Below the pieces are notes generated by a model that worked only from the letters and a program-made list of their open reading frames with translations, was not told where the DNA came from and did no database searches. A DNA stretch of 63,564 bases, the filler included, from Octopus bimaculoides (lineage: Eukaryota), in the NCBI RefSeq assembly GCF_001194135.2. It is 6 parts of 6 records of this genome, joined end to end, with 100 filler letters (N's around TTAATTAATTAA, not from the genome) between each part and the next. Parts side by side here need not be neighbours in the genome. Positions count along the whole stretch, not along the records: positions 1 to 27,027 come from NC_068990.1; 5 more parts are not named here. One strand, given 5' to 3'. A program made the position numbers and the translations under genes. Position 1 is the stretch's first letter; each line of letters opens with the position of its first letter. Shown here piece by piece: positions 10,280 to 22,849 of this stretch.

Positions 10280-12160
10280 TGTAGCGTGATGGAGGAAAAA
10301 GACAACAGAAAAAGAAGCAAAAGGGAGAAAGAAATACAGAGACCTTACCTGTTGACCGTGGCGGGATAAGCGATCACTGACCAGATAAAAACACGACCTT
10401 TCACACGCGCCGTCTCTCATCGAACTGCCTGCACGTGCTTTGCGCCCACGCATGCCCCCCGTGGCTCGTCTGCCGGTCCCTGCAGTCTTCACTTCCATTT
10501 GCCTCATCTGCAATCCTCTCCACCAACACCACATCTCATCACAGCCCATAACACCACAAACACCACACGCTCCCCTGATCTACAGATCACTCAACCGGCT
10601 TTCCCACTCACTCCTCGCTCCCGAACTCACACCTTAACTGGTTTCATAATCAGTCAACCAGGGAGGAGGGTGCCGCTCCCTCTGAGGTCGCTGTGCGACC
10701 CCGGGACTGGCCTGAGTTCCTGGCATGCTGCTGCTGGCTTTATCATCTTGCCTACGGATGCTGTCTTCATCTTCTTGCCCACTGCTGCTGGTTTCATCCT
10801 CTGAGGCATTGACAATCTTCCGCACATCCAAAACATGGCGTGGCATACCATCGACAGAGACGTTGTTCTTCGAATTGATGGAAGTTATTGTTCCATTTCC
10901 CCATCGTGATGTACACCGTGCATTTGGGAGTTTTACCCAAACTTCTTCCCCGACCTGCACGAAGGCGTGCTCTTCTTCTCCCCTGGGTCGCATTGATGCA
11001 GTACACGAATGCCTCCACTCGTACCTGAATATTGCCCTGTGTGGCACCGACTCCTCAGCCTGTCCTGACCTGGGCGACATACTGTACCAAAATACGGCCT
11101 CCGCAGCTGTTGTAGCTGTTCATCATCCTTTTGGTCTGCGGCAATCTGTTGGAGGTCGATCTGCGCAGGGCTGTGAATGGCATTTATCTCCATTCGGGGC
11201 AGGGCATCAGCTGCTGAGTTGTTGACACCGCTTATGTGTGTGATGTCAGTGGTGTATTGTGATATGAAGTCTAAATGCCTCTCTTCTCTGGGTGAATGGC
11301 GATCAGGTTTTGCGTGGAATGCGTACACACAAGTGGTTTGTGGTCAGTATGCACAGAAAACACACGACCTTCTAACATGTGTCTAAAGTGCTTGACAGTT
11401 AGATAGACTGCTAGTAACTGTCGTCCGAAAGTGCTATACTTTGTTTCGGCGGGTTTTAACCGCTTAGAGAAAAAAGATATAGGTTGCCAAGATCTATGAG
11501 TGAGCTGTTGGAGTACGCCTCCAACTCCGGAAGCAGATGCATCGACTAACAAAGTTAAAGGAGCGTCCGGTTTTGGATACGCTAACATAGTGGCGTCGGA
11601 CAATGCTTTTTTTTTTTTTTAGCTTGTTGAACGCTGCTAACTGTTCGTCGCTGAGGGTAATGTTAGCATTTTTGATCGACCGGTCTTGCAGTAAATCTGT
11701 AAGGTGTTGTGCTATGTCAGAGCAGCGCGGGATGAAACGCCTATAAAAATTAATGAGACCAAGAAATTTTCGTAACTTCCGTAGAGACGTGGGTGCTGGA
11801 AAATCTGTAATTGCTTTCACTTTCTCCGGTAGCGGGCGAATGCTATCTTTGTCAACCGTGTGTCCGAGAAATTCAAGGGACGTGACTCCGAATAAACATT
11901 TGCCAGGGTTAATGACAATACGGTATTGTCTAAGGCGCTGGAACAAGAGATGGAGGTGTTGTACATGTTCTTCATGGGAGCTACTGACTACGAGAAGGTC
12001 ATCTATGTATGCATAAACAAAAGGTAGGCCTCTGGTCACTGTGTCGATGAATCTTTGGAAAGTGTGTACCGCGTTGCATAAGCCGAATGGTATACGCAGA
12101 AATTCAAACAGTCCAAAAGGAGTCGTGACTGCTGTTTTTGGTACATCGGCAGGTTCCATT
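10280..12160 (-). mobile_element. Gypsy LTR retrotransposon remnant: RT, RNase H, integrase C-terminus, PPT, 3' LTR
   Basis: KTAVTTPFGLFEFLRIPFG, YAYIDDLLV, LVDASASGVGGVL, HTDHKPL, HLDFISQYTTDITHISG. IN tail ends PQRERHPPPWLTDYETS (stop 10634). PPT-like TCAGGGGAGCG (10568-10578), then LTR 10567-10280. Confidence 0.92.
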
Positions 12161-12658
12161 GAGGCGATGATGCACAAGCTCTGTTTACGTTGGTGTGGAC
12201 ACCTTGTTGGGATGAATGATCAGAGGATCCTTAAGAAGATGATATATAGCGAACTTGCTTGTTAAAAGAGCTCCATATTTGAAATATGGGAACTCAGTTA
12301 TGAAAGCAACGCTTGTCATCTCCACCGATGGAAGAGACAAGTAAAGGAAAGAGTAGTCGAAAAAATAACATGCGTTTTTATGCAGAATTTAAGCGAGCTG
12401 CTCAAAAACTCGTTTCCAGTGCAGTGAACAGGGGAAGCTTGATCTGCAATATCAAGATCTGGGTTCATTAGTCACCAACAGAGCCACAAGTGAAGTACAA
12501 ATCTGAGTTCACAATGTTCTTAACAGTCAGCGGTGGTTACAACTTCCTCAGTTACAAGCGGACAACCATCTTGTATGTGTTTGTAGCGAATTGCTTCCTA
12601 GATTTTTAACCAAGATTCGAAACAGTCTAGCGTTTTCTACGAGTTCCTTCCTATTGTT
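12157..12658 (+). mobile_element. RTE LINE 3' fragment, inverted near-identical copy of 15819-16315
   Basis: LRWCGHLVGMNDQRILKKMIYSEL. Direct comparison with the reverse complement of 15819-16315 shows few substitutions and one ~5-bp indel. Confidence 0.9.
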
Positions 12659-12659
12659 G

Positions 12660-13464
12660 TCGTCACGGTGGTAATCTTGGTTGGCGCACGACGCGGGTGG
12701 CGAAAAGGCTGTTTGGTGATGAGTGTTTGAAGAGGTACGCTTTTACAGAACGATCGACAGACACAATTTCTGTACGACCATTAGCGAAAACCTCGAAGAA
12801 AAATTTTCTTAACCCAAGATGAAAGAACAACCGTGCGAAATGAACAACAAGAGTTATTGTGTGGCATAAAAGATGTATGTGTAATGTGAGAGTGTGAAAT
12901 GCGACATATACAAACATAAAAAGCAGGCCGTAAATCCTGTCTGTTTTTCGTGAGTGGAAAAAATCCACTCTAACAGAGACGAGAATANNNNNNNNNNNNN
13001 NNNNNNNNNNNNNNNNNNNNNNNNNNNNNNNNNNNNNNNNNNNNNNNNNNNNNNNNNNNNNNNNNNNNNNNNNNNNNNNNNNNNNNNNNNNNNNNNNNNN
13101 NNNNNNNNNNNNNNNNNNNNNNNNNNNNNNNNNNNNNNNNNNNNNNNNNNNNNNNNNNNNNNNNNNNNNAGTAGAAAGTGGGTTATACATCTTTAGATTG
13201 TATACCTGACTTTCTACTATAAAATTGAAGAAATTGACGGAACGCTGAACTCCAGACTAAACAACTTAAACAACATTTATTTACTTGGTAAAACATACAG
13301 CATCTTTAGAGGTGAGAATAACGAGCTGTCGAGTATAAGACCGAAAGATGTAGAGACAGCTTTAAACACACGTCCCTGCTCAATCGCTGGCCAGCGTGAA
13401 AGAGAATGAATTGAGCGGGAAACGCTTGCTTGTTTTATTCTACGCATGCGCAGGCGTTACTACA
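12660..13464 (-). mobile_element. LTR family B copy (13170-13464) followed by internal sequence with a Gypsy integrase-tail-like relic
   Basis: Reverse complement matches 2063-2469. Downstream reads KFFFEVFANGRTEIVSVDRSVKAYL...TRVVRQPRLPP. An N gap lies between the two parts. Confidence 0.6.
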
Positions 13465-13866
13465 AGGTCATTGACACGGTATGGCGGTTGCTGTGAAAAC
13501 TAGGTGGAGATGAATAGATCATGAGAAACGTGCAAGCTATGTTAGCAAGGTGAAAGTTAGCAAAGAGTTCAGTAAGGAATTTAACGTGCGGATAGGGATC
13601 TATCAGGGCCCAGTTCTTCCTCTTGTTTATTATTGCTCTATTAAATAAAAAGTTAATAGCATTTTAAGTTTGCAAAGATCGGGGTAATTTTAACCGATCA
13701 TAAACCACAGACAATGGTGTCTGTTCCCATTGCAACAAGTCAAGCTATTGTCTACTTAACACTACTACAATCCCTACGTACATGTGAAAGCCGAACAGAA
13801 AAGATCCACTTTAATTGGATATCTCTTTACGAATATTTATGTCATTTAAACATTATTTATTATATT

Positions 13867-14330
13867 ACTAGCTGACTCCGTGCCGTCAAAAATGACGGCT
13901 AATTGTAGTATTTTATATATAAATATGGACGGTAAATCAAATTAATTCACTTGTCAATGTTATCTATTGGTTGTCTTTTGAGATGTGAAATCGATCATCG
14001 TTTGTTACTGGAAGAACGCTAGTTTACATATAAACATTCAAATACTTCCCTTGTACACGCACACATACACACATATACTTACACAGAATTGAAACGCTGT
14101 TTGATTTTCTTTTCAGCATCGAATGTTCACCATCCCACTTCCATTGCGCGCACACACACACACACACAAATATTCACATACCTCCTTTTTACATAAACAA
14201 AAGTATACTTACACAGAGTTGAAACACAGTTTGATATTTTTTTCACCGTAGAATTTCCATCATCCGACTACCAAGTTTGCCATCACCCCTTCCTTCTTTA
14301 ATTCATCTATCACCCCTTCCTTGCTCATTC
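13867..14330 (+). mobile_element. Possible non-autonomous Helitron-like element with internal ~120-bp tandem duplication
   Basis: Starts ACTAG followed by hairpin GCCGTCA-aaaa-TGACGGC. Two copies of tatacttacacaga.ttgaaac....gtttgat. Confidence 0.35.
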
Positions 14331-14697
14331 ATATGTTGTGACGGAAAAAAACACAAGTATATTATTCAAGTCGATTGAGTATATATGAATATTTAAATAT
14401 TAAACACGTGTTTGTGATGACTGAATAAGCATTATTTTCGTTTATGTAATTATTCATTTTTACTGTTTCTTTACAATTCTGTTTGTAAGCAATTAATTTA
14501 TTCTATATGTTCTAACTTTCATATTCTTTCTCTCTCTATCTCTTTCTCTCTCTGCATGTGTGTGTGTATGTTCGTACGTACTTTTCATATCCTCTCCCTC
14601 TCTCTCTCTCCCCATCTCTCTCTCTCTTCCCATATTTTTCTCTCTCCCCATTTCTTTCTATATACATACATACATACGTACATACATACAAAAATAC

Positions 14698-15360
14698 CCT
14701 GTTGTTGATATTGAAATTCCAATAAAGGAGCCTTGGATCTAGGTTAGAAACCGGTTCTTTCTCTATTGACAAGAAATCTTGAAATAAACTGAATAATGAC
14801 ATACATACATACGTACATACATACATACATACATACATACATACATACATGCACACATACATACATACATACATACATACATACATACATACATTGCAGA
14901 CATAATAGACCGGATATAGTAATCTGAGACAGAGAAGNNNNNNNNNNNNNNNNNNNNNNNNNNNNNNNNNNNNNNNNNNNNNNNNNNNNNNNNNNNNNNN
15001 NNNNNNNNNNNNNNNNNNNNNNNNNNNNNNNNNNNNNNNNNNNNNNNNNNNNNNNNNNNNNNNNNNNNNNNNNCCATCAATGGAACTGTAAAGATATGTA
15101 AAACTTTCCAAAAATTTAGCACATAAATACATATGCATGCATCTAGACATGAAAATATATACATAAAAACGCATCCATAAAACAAACATACAAATCTGCG
15201 CATACACTAACACCAAATACTGCACACACACACACATGCACAAATACCTAGATGATGTTGATAAAAGTTCCAATGAAGGAGCCTTGAATCTATGTTAGAG
15301 TCCGGCTCTTTCTCTATGGACAATAAATACAGAAATGAAACTGATTGATAACATACATAC
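14698..15360 (+). repeat. Two diverged copies of a ~110-bp dispersed repeat (ttccaat.aaggagccttg.atcta.gttaga..ccgg.tctttctctat) with (ACAT)n
   Basis: Copies near 14700-14800 and 15250-15355. Confidence 0.7.
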
Positions 15361-15818
15361 GTAGGTACATATTAACACACACACGTGCATATATATGTAC
15401 AGGTTATATGTAGCAAATGAATGATAGGAAGAAAATTATAAATAGATATGCCCAGACTATTTGCAGTTCTGTTATCCATTCTATAGGTTGTTGAGCTCAT
15501 AGTTTGTTGAAGATGAATGGAAGAAGGAGACAAAAAAAGAGAGAAAAAATTTACTTCCCTGTATTGACAAGTAGAGAAGATGGAAGCTGCATTGTCCCGC
15601 CGTGACATGAGTGAAAAGAGAAACAAATAGATGTGCTCTTCCAACGAGGGGCCAACTGAAAGAGGTAGAAACAAATTTGGGTCCCGTATTTATATATTTT
15701 TGATAATTAAATTAGGACAGGTTAAACAAAGGATTTTTTTGTCTGTTATCTACCTTGACCAAAGAACGGTCACAGGTTAATAGTTGACTCTCACAAATTT
15801 CTAAGTATTAATGCCGAG

Positions 15819-18800
15819 AACAATAGGAAGGAACTCGTAGAAAACGCTAGACTGTTTCGAATCTTGATTAAAAATCTAGGAAGCAATTCGCTACAAACAC
15901 ATACAAGATGGTTGTCCGCTTGTAACTGAGGAAGACCACCGCTGACTGTTAAGAACATTGTGAACTCAGATTTATACTTCACTTGTGGCTCTGTTGGTGA
16001 CTAATGAACCCAGATCTTGATATTGCAGATCAAGCTTCCCCTGTTCACTGCACTGGAAACGAGTTTTTGAGCAGCTCGCTTAAATTCTGCATAAAAACGC
16101 ATGTTATTTTTTCGACTACTCTTTCCTTTACTTGTCTCTTCCATCGGTGGAGATGACAAGCGTTGCTTTCATAACTGAGTTCCCATATTTCAAATATGGA
16201 GCTCTTTCAACAAACAAGTTCGCTATATAGCATCTTCTTAAGGATCCTCTGATCATTCATCCCAACAAGGTGTCCACACCAACGTAAACAGAGCTTGTGC
16301 ATCATCGTCTCAATGCCCAGGACTTCAGCTCCCCTCAGTACCTCTGTGTCCAGAGTTTACAAGAACCAGCCAACATGGAAGCGTTCAAGTACTCCTACAT
16401 AATGCCTGTAAAGGGTCCGCCTCTCACATGAGTAAAGGAGTGACGTCAGCAAACACTCACGGTATCCGGCACTTTTGTTCGCCATGTGATGTTTGTTGGG
16501 ACCGGACACGAAACTCAGAAGCCCCGAAGGAATCAGCTTCCTTCTAAAACTTTAAAGGTATTTCATCTAAGGAGTTAGAAGGGCTTAGTGTGCTGCCCAG
16601 GCAGACAAACTTGTTTACCACGTTCAGTACTGTTCTTTGCTAATGCTGACTCCAAATGCCTTGCAAAATGCAGAAATATGATACATGAGAATTTGCATAT
16701 CTTCTACCTAATGAGCAACCAGGTCGCCATGATCCACATGATAGAGGTCATGGATAAGAGATTGAAAAACTTTCGTATTGACAACAAATTGACGCAAGTT
16801 GAATAGACGACTAGAAGATCGCTACCTCGCATGTATCTAAAAGAGCAATCCGCAGCAAAAGCATGTGTGAGAGTAGCAGAAAAATACAATAAAAAGGGAG
16901 TTGGGACAAGGGTGTCACCCTGCTTGACGCCATTCTCTACAGTAATGGGTCCTACGAAGTCACCACGGGCATTGAGCCATGACTCCATCTAATCATGAAA
17001 TGATATAATCATCAATTCAAAGTGACCCCAATTACCAAGCTTGAGTATTTTCCAAAGGGAAGTCCTATTCACAACACCGAAAGCTTTGGTTAAATCAATG
17101 AAGCCTAGATAAGATCCACACTTTACTCCTAGCACTTCTCTTGCATCTGTATTGCGGTGGAAATCATGTCTATTGTTCTACTGGAACGAAAGCCACATAG
17201 AGATTCAGATAGAATATCATTTACAATGTATTTATTCAGGATAATAAGGAGAATTCTTGCCAGAACCTCGCCAGAAACTGATAGTAGAGCAATACCTCTA
17301 TGGTTACCGCATTTTATTCTGACTCCCTTTTCTTTCTAGAGAGGAAGGATAATTGAATCCTTCCAGAACATCACCATCCCTCCACATTACACTAATAAGC
17401 TCGTGAAGATTCAATGTCAAACGACCACAGCCAAAATGCAAAATCTCAGCGCAAATTCCGTTTTTATCAGTTCTTAACCAAGATTCCGCTTACTTATTGC
17501 TGTTACTGCCTCGTCTATTAAGGGTGCAAAGTCCAGACAGTTGATGACAAGTCTTTGTTGAACAGTGTAAATTATTTTATCATCTACAATCAACTTACAG
17601 TATAAAATTTTAGAAAAATGTTCAATCCATGACCTGCGATTTCTGTGATTTAGTAAGTAGGGTATAGCCTTTCTTGGAAAGCAAAGGAACCAATGTAGAA
17701 CTCTTAGGTTCATAAGCGTGCTTCATATGATGGTAGAGTTTCTTGCTATCATTTGCATCAGCAGCAGCTTGAATATCACAAGCAAGACCTTCCCATCAGG
17801 TGTTCTGCATCTTCCTGCAAGATCGTTGCAGTAGGGATTTTGCATTCTTCTAATTGGTAAGTGCTATATTCTGATTTGCAACTGACAGCGCTCTGTGCAA
17901 TACTACACTGTAGACATTGCGCTTCGCAGATAGGAGTCTCTGAACCTCAGCATCATTTTCATCAAACCGGTCCCTATGACTGACTACAACATATCTCAGT
18001 GCTTCAGCAGCGCGTTTAAAAACCTGGTCTTGAAACTCCTCCCAAGTTGTAATATCTTCGATGCTGGATAAGTGATTCTGAAGCTCCTTCCTCACAGTAG
18101 CATCATATATCTTATGGACATTCAGACACCGAGAAATCCTATCTGGTCTTCTCTCCTTCACTTTGATTACCATATGGAACTTTGCTCGCACCAGACAGTA
18201 GTCTTCCCAACACTCCGATCCATGAAAGGACTTCACATTAAAAATGTCATAGATGTCACGCTTGCGAATAACATAATGCAGCTAGTGCCAAACCTAAGAC
18301 CTCAGCAGCTTTTATGTTGTTGAGTGATCACCTTTGTGCATAGAGTGCTTGCAATGTAAAGATCATATTCATTGGAAAGCTCTAGGCGCGTGATACCATT
18401 GCTATTCATCTTCCCTACACCAAAATGCTCGAGAGAGTTCCATCTTTGCGAATCCCTTCCAACCCTAGCAATGAACCCCCCCCCCCAAAAAAAGAATAAC
18501 ATTTTCTGACTTAGGCATTTTCCTGAGTACAGCACACAGATGGGCATAGAAAGCACTTTTTAATCTTCATCAGGACTGGACACGGTAGGAGTATAGGCAC
18601 TTATCAGAGTAGCAAATCACCCATCTCTCAGAGTCATTAAACGGTCATTTATAGGGATAGGAAGCTCCAACTTCTTGATAATTTCAGATCGAACTGCAAA
18701 ACCAACACCAACCCGGCCCCCCACGTTTCTCTTTCGATTTCTCTCCCGACCTCTTCAGGCTGACCATCACCTTTCCAAACGAGTCTCTAAAAGAGCAACT

Positions 18801-19250
18801 ATATCTATGTTATATCACGAGCAACAAGGGCAGTCAATTCACGGGCAACAAGGGCAGTACGTCTTTCAGGCCTATATTCACTATTGTTATTTAACAAAGT
18901 ACTCGCATTCCAACATCAAATATTCATATTCCATCCAGATATTGTAAATAATTTCTTTGTTTTGCGAGAGCAAGTTGGACATCCGTCGCGGTCAACTGAC
19001 GAGATAGAAAACGACAGGCAATTTTTAGTTCACCTTTTCTAGAACCTCTCCGGTTTCCAGATGAACAGTGCCCTTCCCAAAAGGAGCTGTTCAGTCACCC
19101 ACGCAGCAACCGAGTGCCACCACTGTCTTGGATGATCAGGAGAGGACTTTATATCTAATACAGGCCGCCTACTTGTAAGTTACTGACTACCTGCTTCCAA
19201 CCCGCCAGGTCTGCAAGCTTCGCCACCTTTCTCATCGCCGCAGTGTTAAG
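15819..19250 (-). mobile_element. RTE (BovB-like) LINE, near full length, decayed
   Basis: APE endonuclease (FIARVGRDSQRW...FGVGKMNSNG), RT (VENGVKQGDTLVPTPFLLYFS), C-terminal LRWCGHL. The 5' extension to ~19250 is less certain. Confidence 0.85.
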
Positions 19251-19769
19251 TTTAAAAAATGAAAGCAGTAATGCCCATGCAAAAACGTCAGCAAAATTTT
19301 AGGCCCAATAAGGCTTGTACAATACCCCATAGACCCTCTCTACCCCATCGACATATCCAGAGACAAGCCGAGACAAAATATCTAACGCTAATATAGGTTG
19401 CACACTCAGGAATGTGGGAGCGCCATGTTCTCAAGCTCAAATTAATGATACTCAAAATGTTCGATGCCATACTCTGCATATCTAGTTTTATATCAGTGAC
19501 CTTCTCGTTGAGACATGCTCAAACAAAAGCTAAAGGGTGCCTTACTCCCAGTAGTCCTCCACCAACCGGGAATTTCTAAGAGCCCGTTCTATTGCTGGAT
19601 AGTCGTTGAACCTGCATTAGGTTCATCCGTCTTTCTTTTTTACGTTCACACACACACACACACACACACACATTAGTCCGTTGCAACAGAAAAGGTGGTG
19701 TTGTTGTTGAAATTGCGTCGGTCATTCTTAGATTAGCATACAGCCATAAACTTGGAAATCATTTAAATC

Positions 19770-20020
19770 GACACTATTAGTGTGATGTCTACGATTGCGA
19801 GATCGTAGTTTCAATTCCTGAATCGAGCGGTGCGTTGTGTTCTTGTGCAAAACATTTCATCTCACGTTGCTCTGCGATTACTTCAATTCCTGGTGTTCTG
19901 TGCACTTACTCAGGTAACGTTGATTCGATGGGGGGGGGGGGGTGAGCTGATGTACAGCACAAACATTTGGTTACTATAATAAACAAATTATTTGAATAGG
20001 TTGTTCAGCAAGAAATTGCA
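19770..20020 (+). mobile_element. Diverged tRNA-derived SINE
   Basis: gtagtttcaattcc B-box-like motif, then gcgttgtgttcttg.gcaa.aca.ttcatctcacgttgctc, shared with 40968-41321. Confidence 0.6.
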
Positions 20021-22849
20021 GAATCGTCTTTCTCGGATGTTAGTGTAATGAAAGATAAATTTGACCGAAGTGGATTTGAACTCGTAATAACATAGACTGT
20101 GAAACTTCTAATTACACCTTCTCCTCGACTTACGACCGAGTTCAGTTCCGACTGAGAAGTCGTATGTCAATCTAGTCCGATGTCGGATTTATATTTTTCA
20201 ACACTATTTTCATTCACGCAACTGATGCTTGAAAGCGACTAAGAGACAGCAGCAGGCTGTAAATGTCTGGATCTGAGGAAGGCCTGCGTTGCCAGATACT
20301 GCCATAGTTATCGTACGTGCAGCTGCCCGACGTCCGAAAATCGATCTATTTATTTATCTACTTTTGTATTTATTTATTTTTTGTGATCGTAAGTACGGAT
20401 GGTCATAAGTCGAGGTGAAGGTGTATTAAAATGTGCTCTAAAATCGTTCGCCTGGTCCTATAGTTAAGGTGTTCGGCTCATGACCATAGGGTAACGAGTA
20501 CTATTCTTGGTCCGGTGTGCACGTTGTGTCCTTAAGAAAGGTATTTCACTTCACATTATTCCAGTCTGCTCCTATCAAATCAAATGAAAATGAGTACTAG
20601 TTATGTTCTGGTGTTGATTGAATGAAAACAGAAAGTAAATAGAGCACATGTTACCGGGCATATCCGTTTGCGAGTGACGGAAAACGTCTCAACTATTCCA
20701 TCACCCTTGTGGCAATGATGAGAACGAATTCCATATAACGAGAGAAGTACTTCTCTCATAAATATTTATGTATGCACATTACTTTATTTAACTTTCGCGT
20801 TCCAAACACGCCAATTCAATCACAACGACGAAAATTTGCAACAGAAAGCGTGTCGCGCGTAACAGGCTCATTATTCAGGAGCAGGTAACTCTGAACGTTT
20901 GCTCAGTTCCATTATTATTAGGGGACTTCTCTGTCTCTCTCTCTCTCTCTACTGCTAATAGAAGAAACTGTTCTATTATTACATAATTATCTCATTCAGC
21001 ATCGGTTATTTCTTTCTTTCAGGTGAGTCCATACATTTTATCTATAACATATTTGATCCTGCTTTGCTTTATCTTTTTTCGCGTTATCACTTCCGTATAG
21101 ACAAAACTCCAAATTGATTTACAAATAAATGGTAAGGTATCGATGACTTTAGAGTCATATCAGTTTCACAATGTGTTCATATGATATTAAAAAGCGTTGA
21201 ATCTGATTACGGCTATATTAAGCAAGAAAATTAAAACAGGGAAACGAAGTAACAATAATGACTGAACTAGAGTTAATTTACTTCAATTTGTTTACTACGC
21301 AAGCTAATCTGACGCAACACTGTAACGTTACACGGTTTTTTTTTTTTTAGTGCTTACACATTCGTTTTCCTTCTTAGATTTATGTATTTATTTGTATTGT
21401 GGGGGAGGGAGATTTTGCATTAAGAGGCAATGAAAGTGCATGTTATTATGTGCATGCTTGCTCATGTGCGTATCGCACCGTATTTGTAAGCATACTGCGA
21501 AAATATAGAAATAGTTACACAAATTAACACATTTCAATAATGCTTATCTATTTATTCAAATCTGACATATCACAACTTGCTACTCGCAGTTTAGCGTCAT
21601 AGCTAATTACTTGTAACTTATCGTGACGTGAAAATCTGAACAGTATCAGTATAATAACTTTAAATATTTAATCAAAAGCCAAACTCTAATACATTTATTG
21701 AGTACATGAAACAAAAAGTTACTTTATCACGTTTGTAAACAAAGAAAATGCATCAATGATATTCTGCCGAATATCGATAACGGAAAACGTGCAGTAACAA
21801 CTTGGGATGATTCAGCTTCCAATGAATTATAAATCTATTTATAGCATCGAATATCCTTTTTGATCTTTATCGTTCATACCCACACATATCCATTTATTTT
21901 TATAGCGTGTGCGTATGTAAATTAACATGGTTCGTACAGTGCTCAGTAGAGTGCAAAGAAAGATTGCCACGTGCACTAGATATTAGTAATAAATAAATAT
22001 CTTACAGTATGGAATTGATATAGTTGCTACGCATTCGAACATATTTACTAATCGACCACATTTCTAACGTAACTATGTTTAGAGTAAATAATTCAAATAA
22101 ATTTTATGCTCTGGAGAAATGGAATTTCTTCAAATGAATTATTTGTTTTATAAAGAGTTGTGTTAAATAATAAAGCTCGTTTAATAAATGTATGTTACAA
22201 TGGTGTGACAACTCTTAAAAATTCTATGCAGTATACTTAACAATATGCTAAGCCGCACACAGAATTTATTCCACTATTTCAATGAATTATTTTTATTTGG
22301 CGACACAAAATGTGACTAGTTCGATCGTTTTCTCCTGTTTTATTGTATGTAGAATTGTGGCGCAGGTGTTATTTTGTAATATCGGAGATATCACACTACT
22401 ACTACTACCACTACCAGCATCATCATCGCTACTACTTCTTTATTCAAAGTTAACAATACTGAGGAATCAATTGGTTTTTGTTTTTTCTCAACTAAGACGA
22501 AAAATGAGAATATGCTGTATACAATACTTCACCTCTTAAATCATTTTGTAATACTTATAGTTTTCTGCTGTTCGCAAGGTTGTTCTCACATCTGTCTTTC
22601 TATTCATCTTAAACTGATGAAAAGAATCAAACTGGTTGCAGGTTTGAATTTAATGTAGCATATGAAGGCTTTACTTTTTATCGACGAGTAAGCTAGAGAT
22701 TACTCAATACGTGATGTAAAGTATAAGATTTATTTAAACTGAATTCCTATCTTGTGACTTCGAATTTCATGCCTGATAATCATTGCTCTGACATGAAACT
22801 TTAATAACAGGAATGGAATTCAGTTTCAATAAACTACGCCCTGCAGGCA

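Noticed and set aside
22614-22800. CTGATGA and CTGATAA...GAAA upstream of PLE copy 3; also CTGATGA or CTGAGGA hits near 6449, 20273, 28767 and 36653
   Set aside because: The core is incomplete or the stems cannot be formed.
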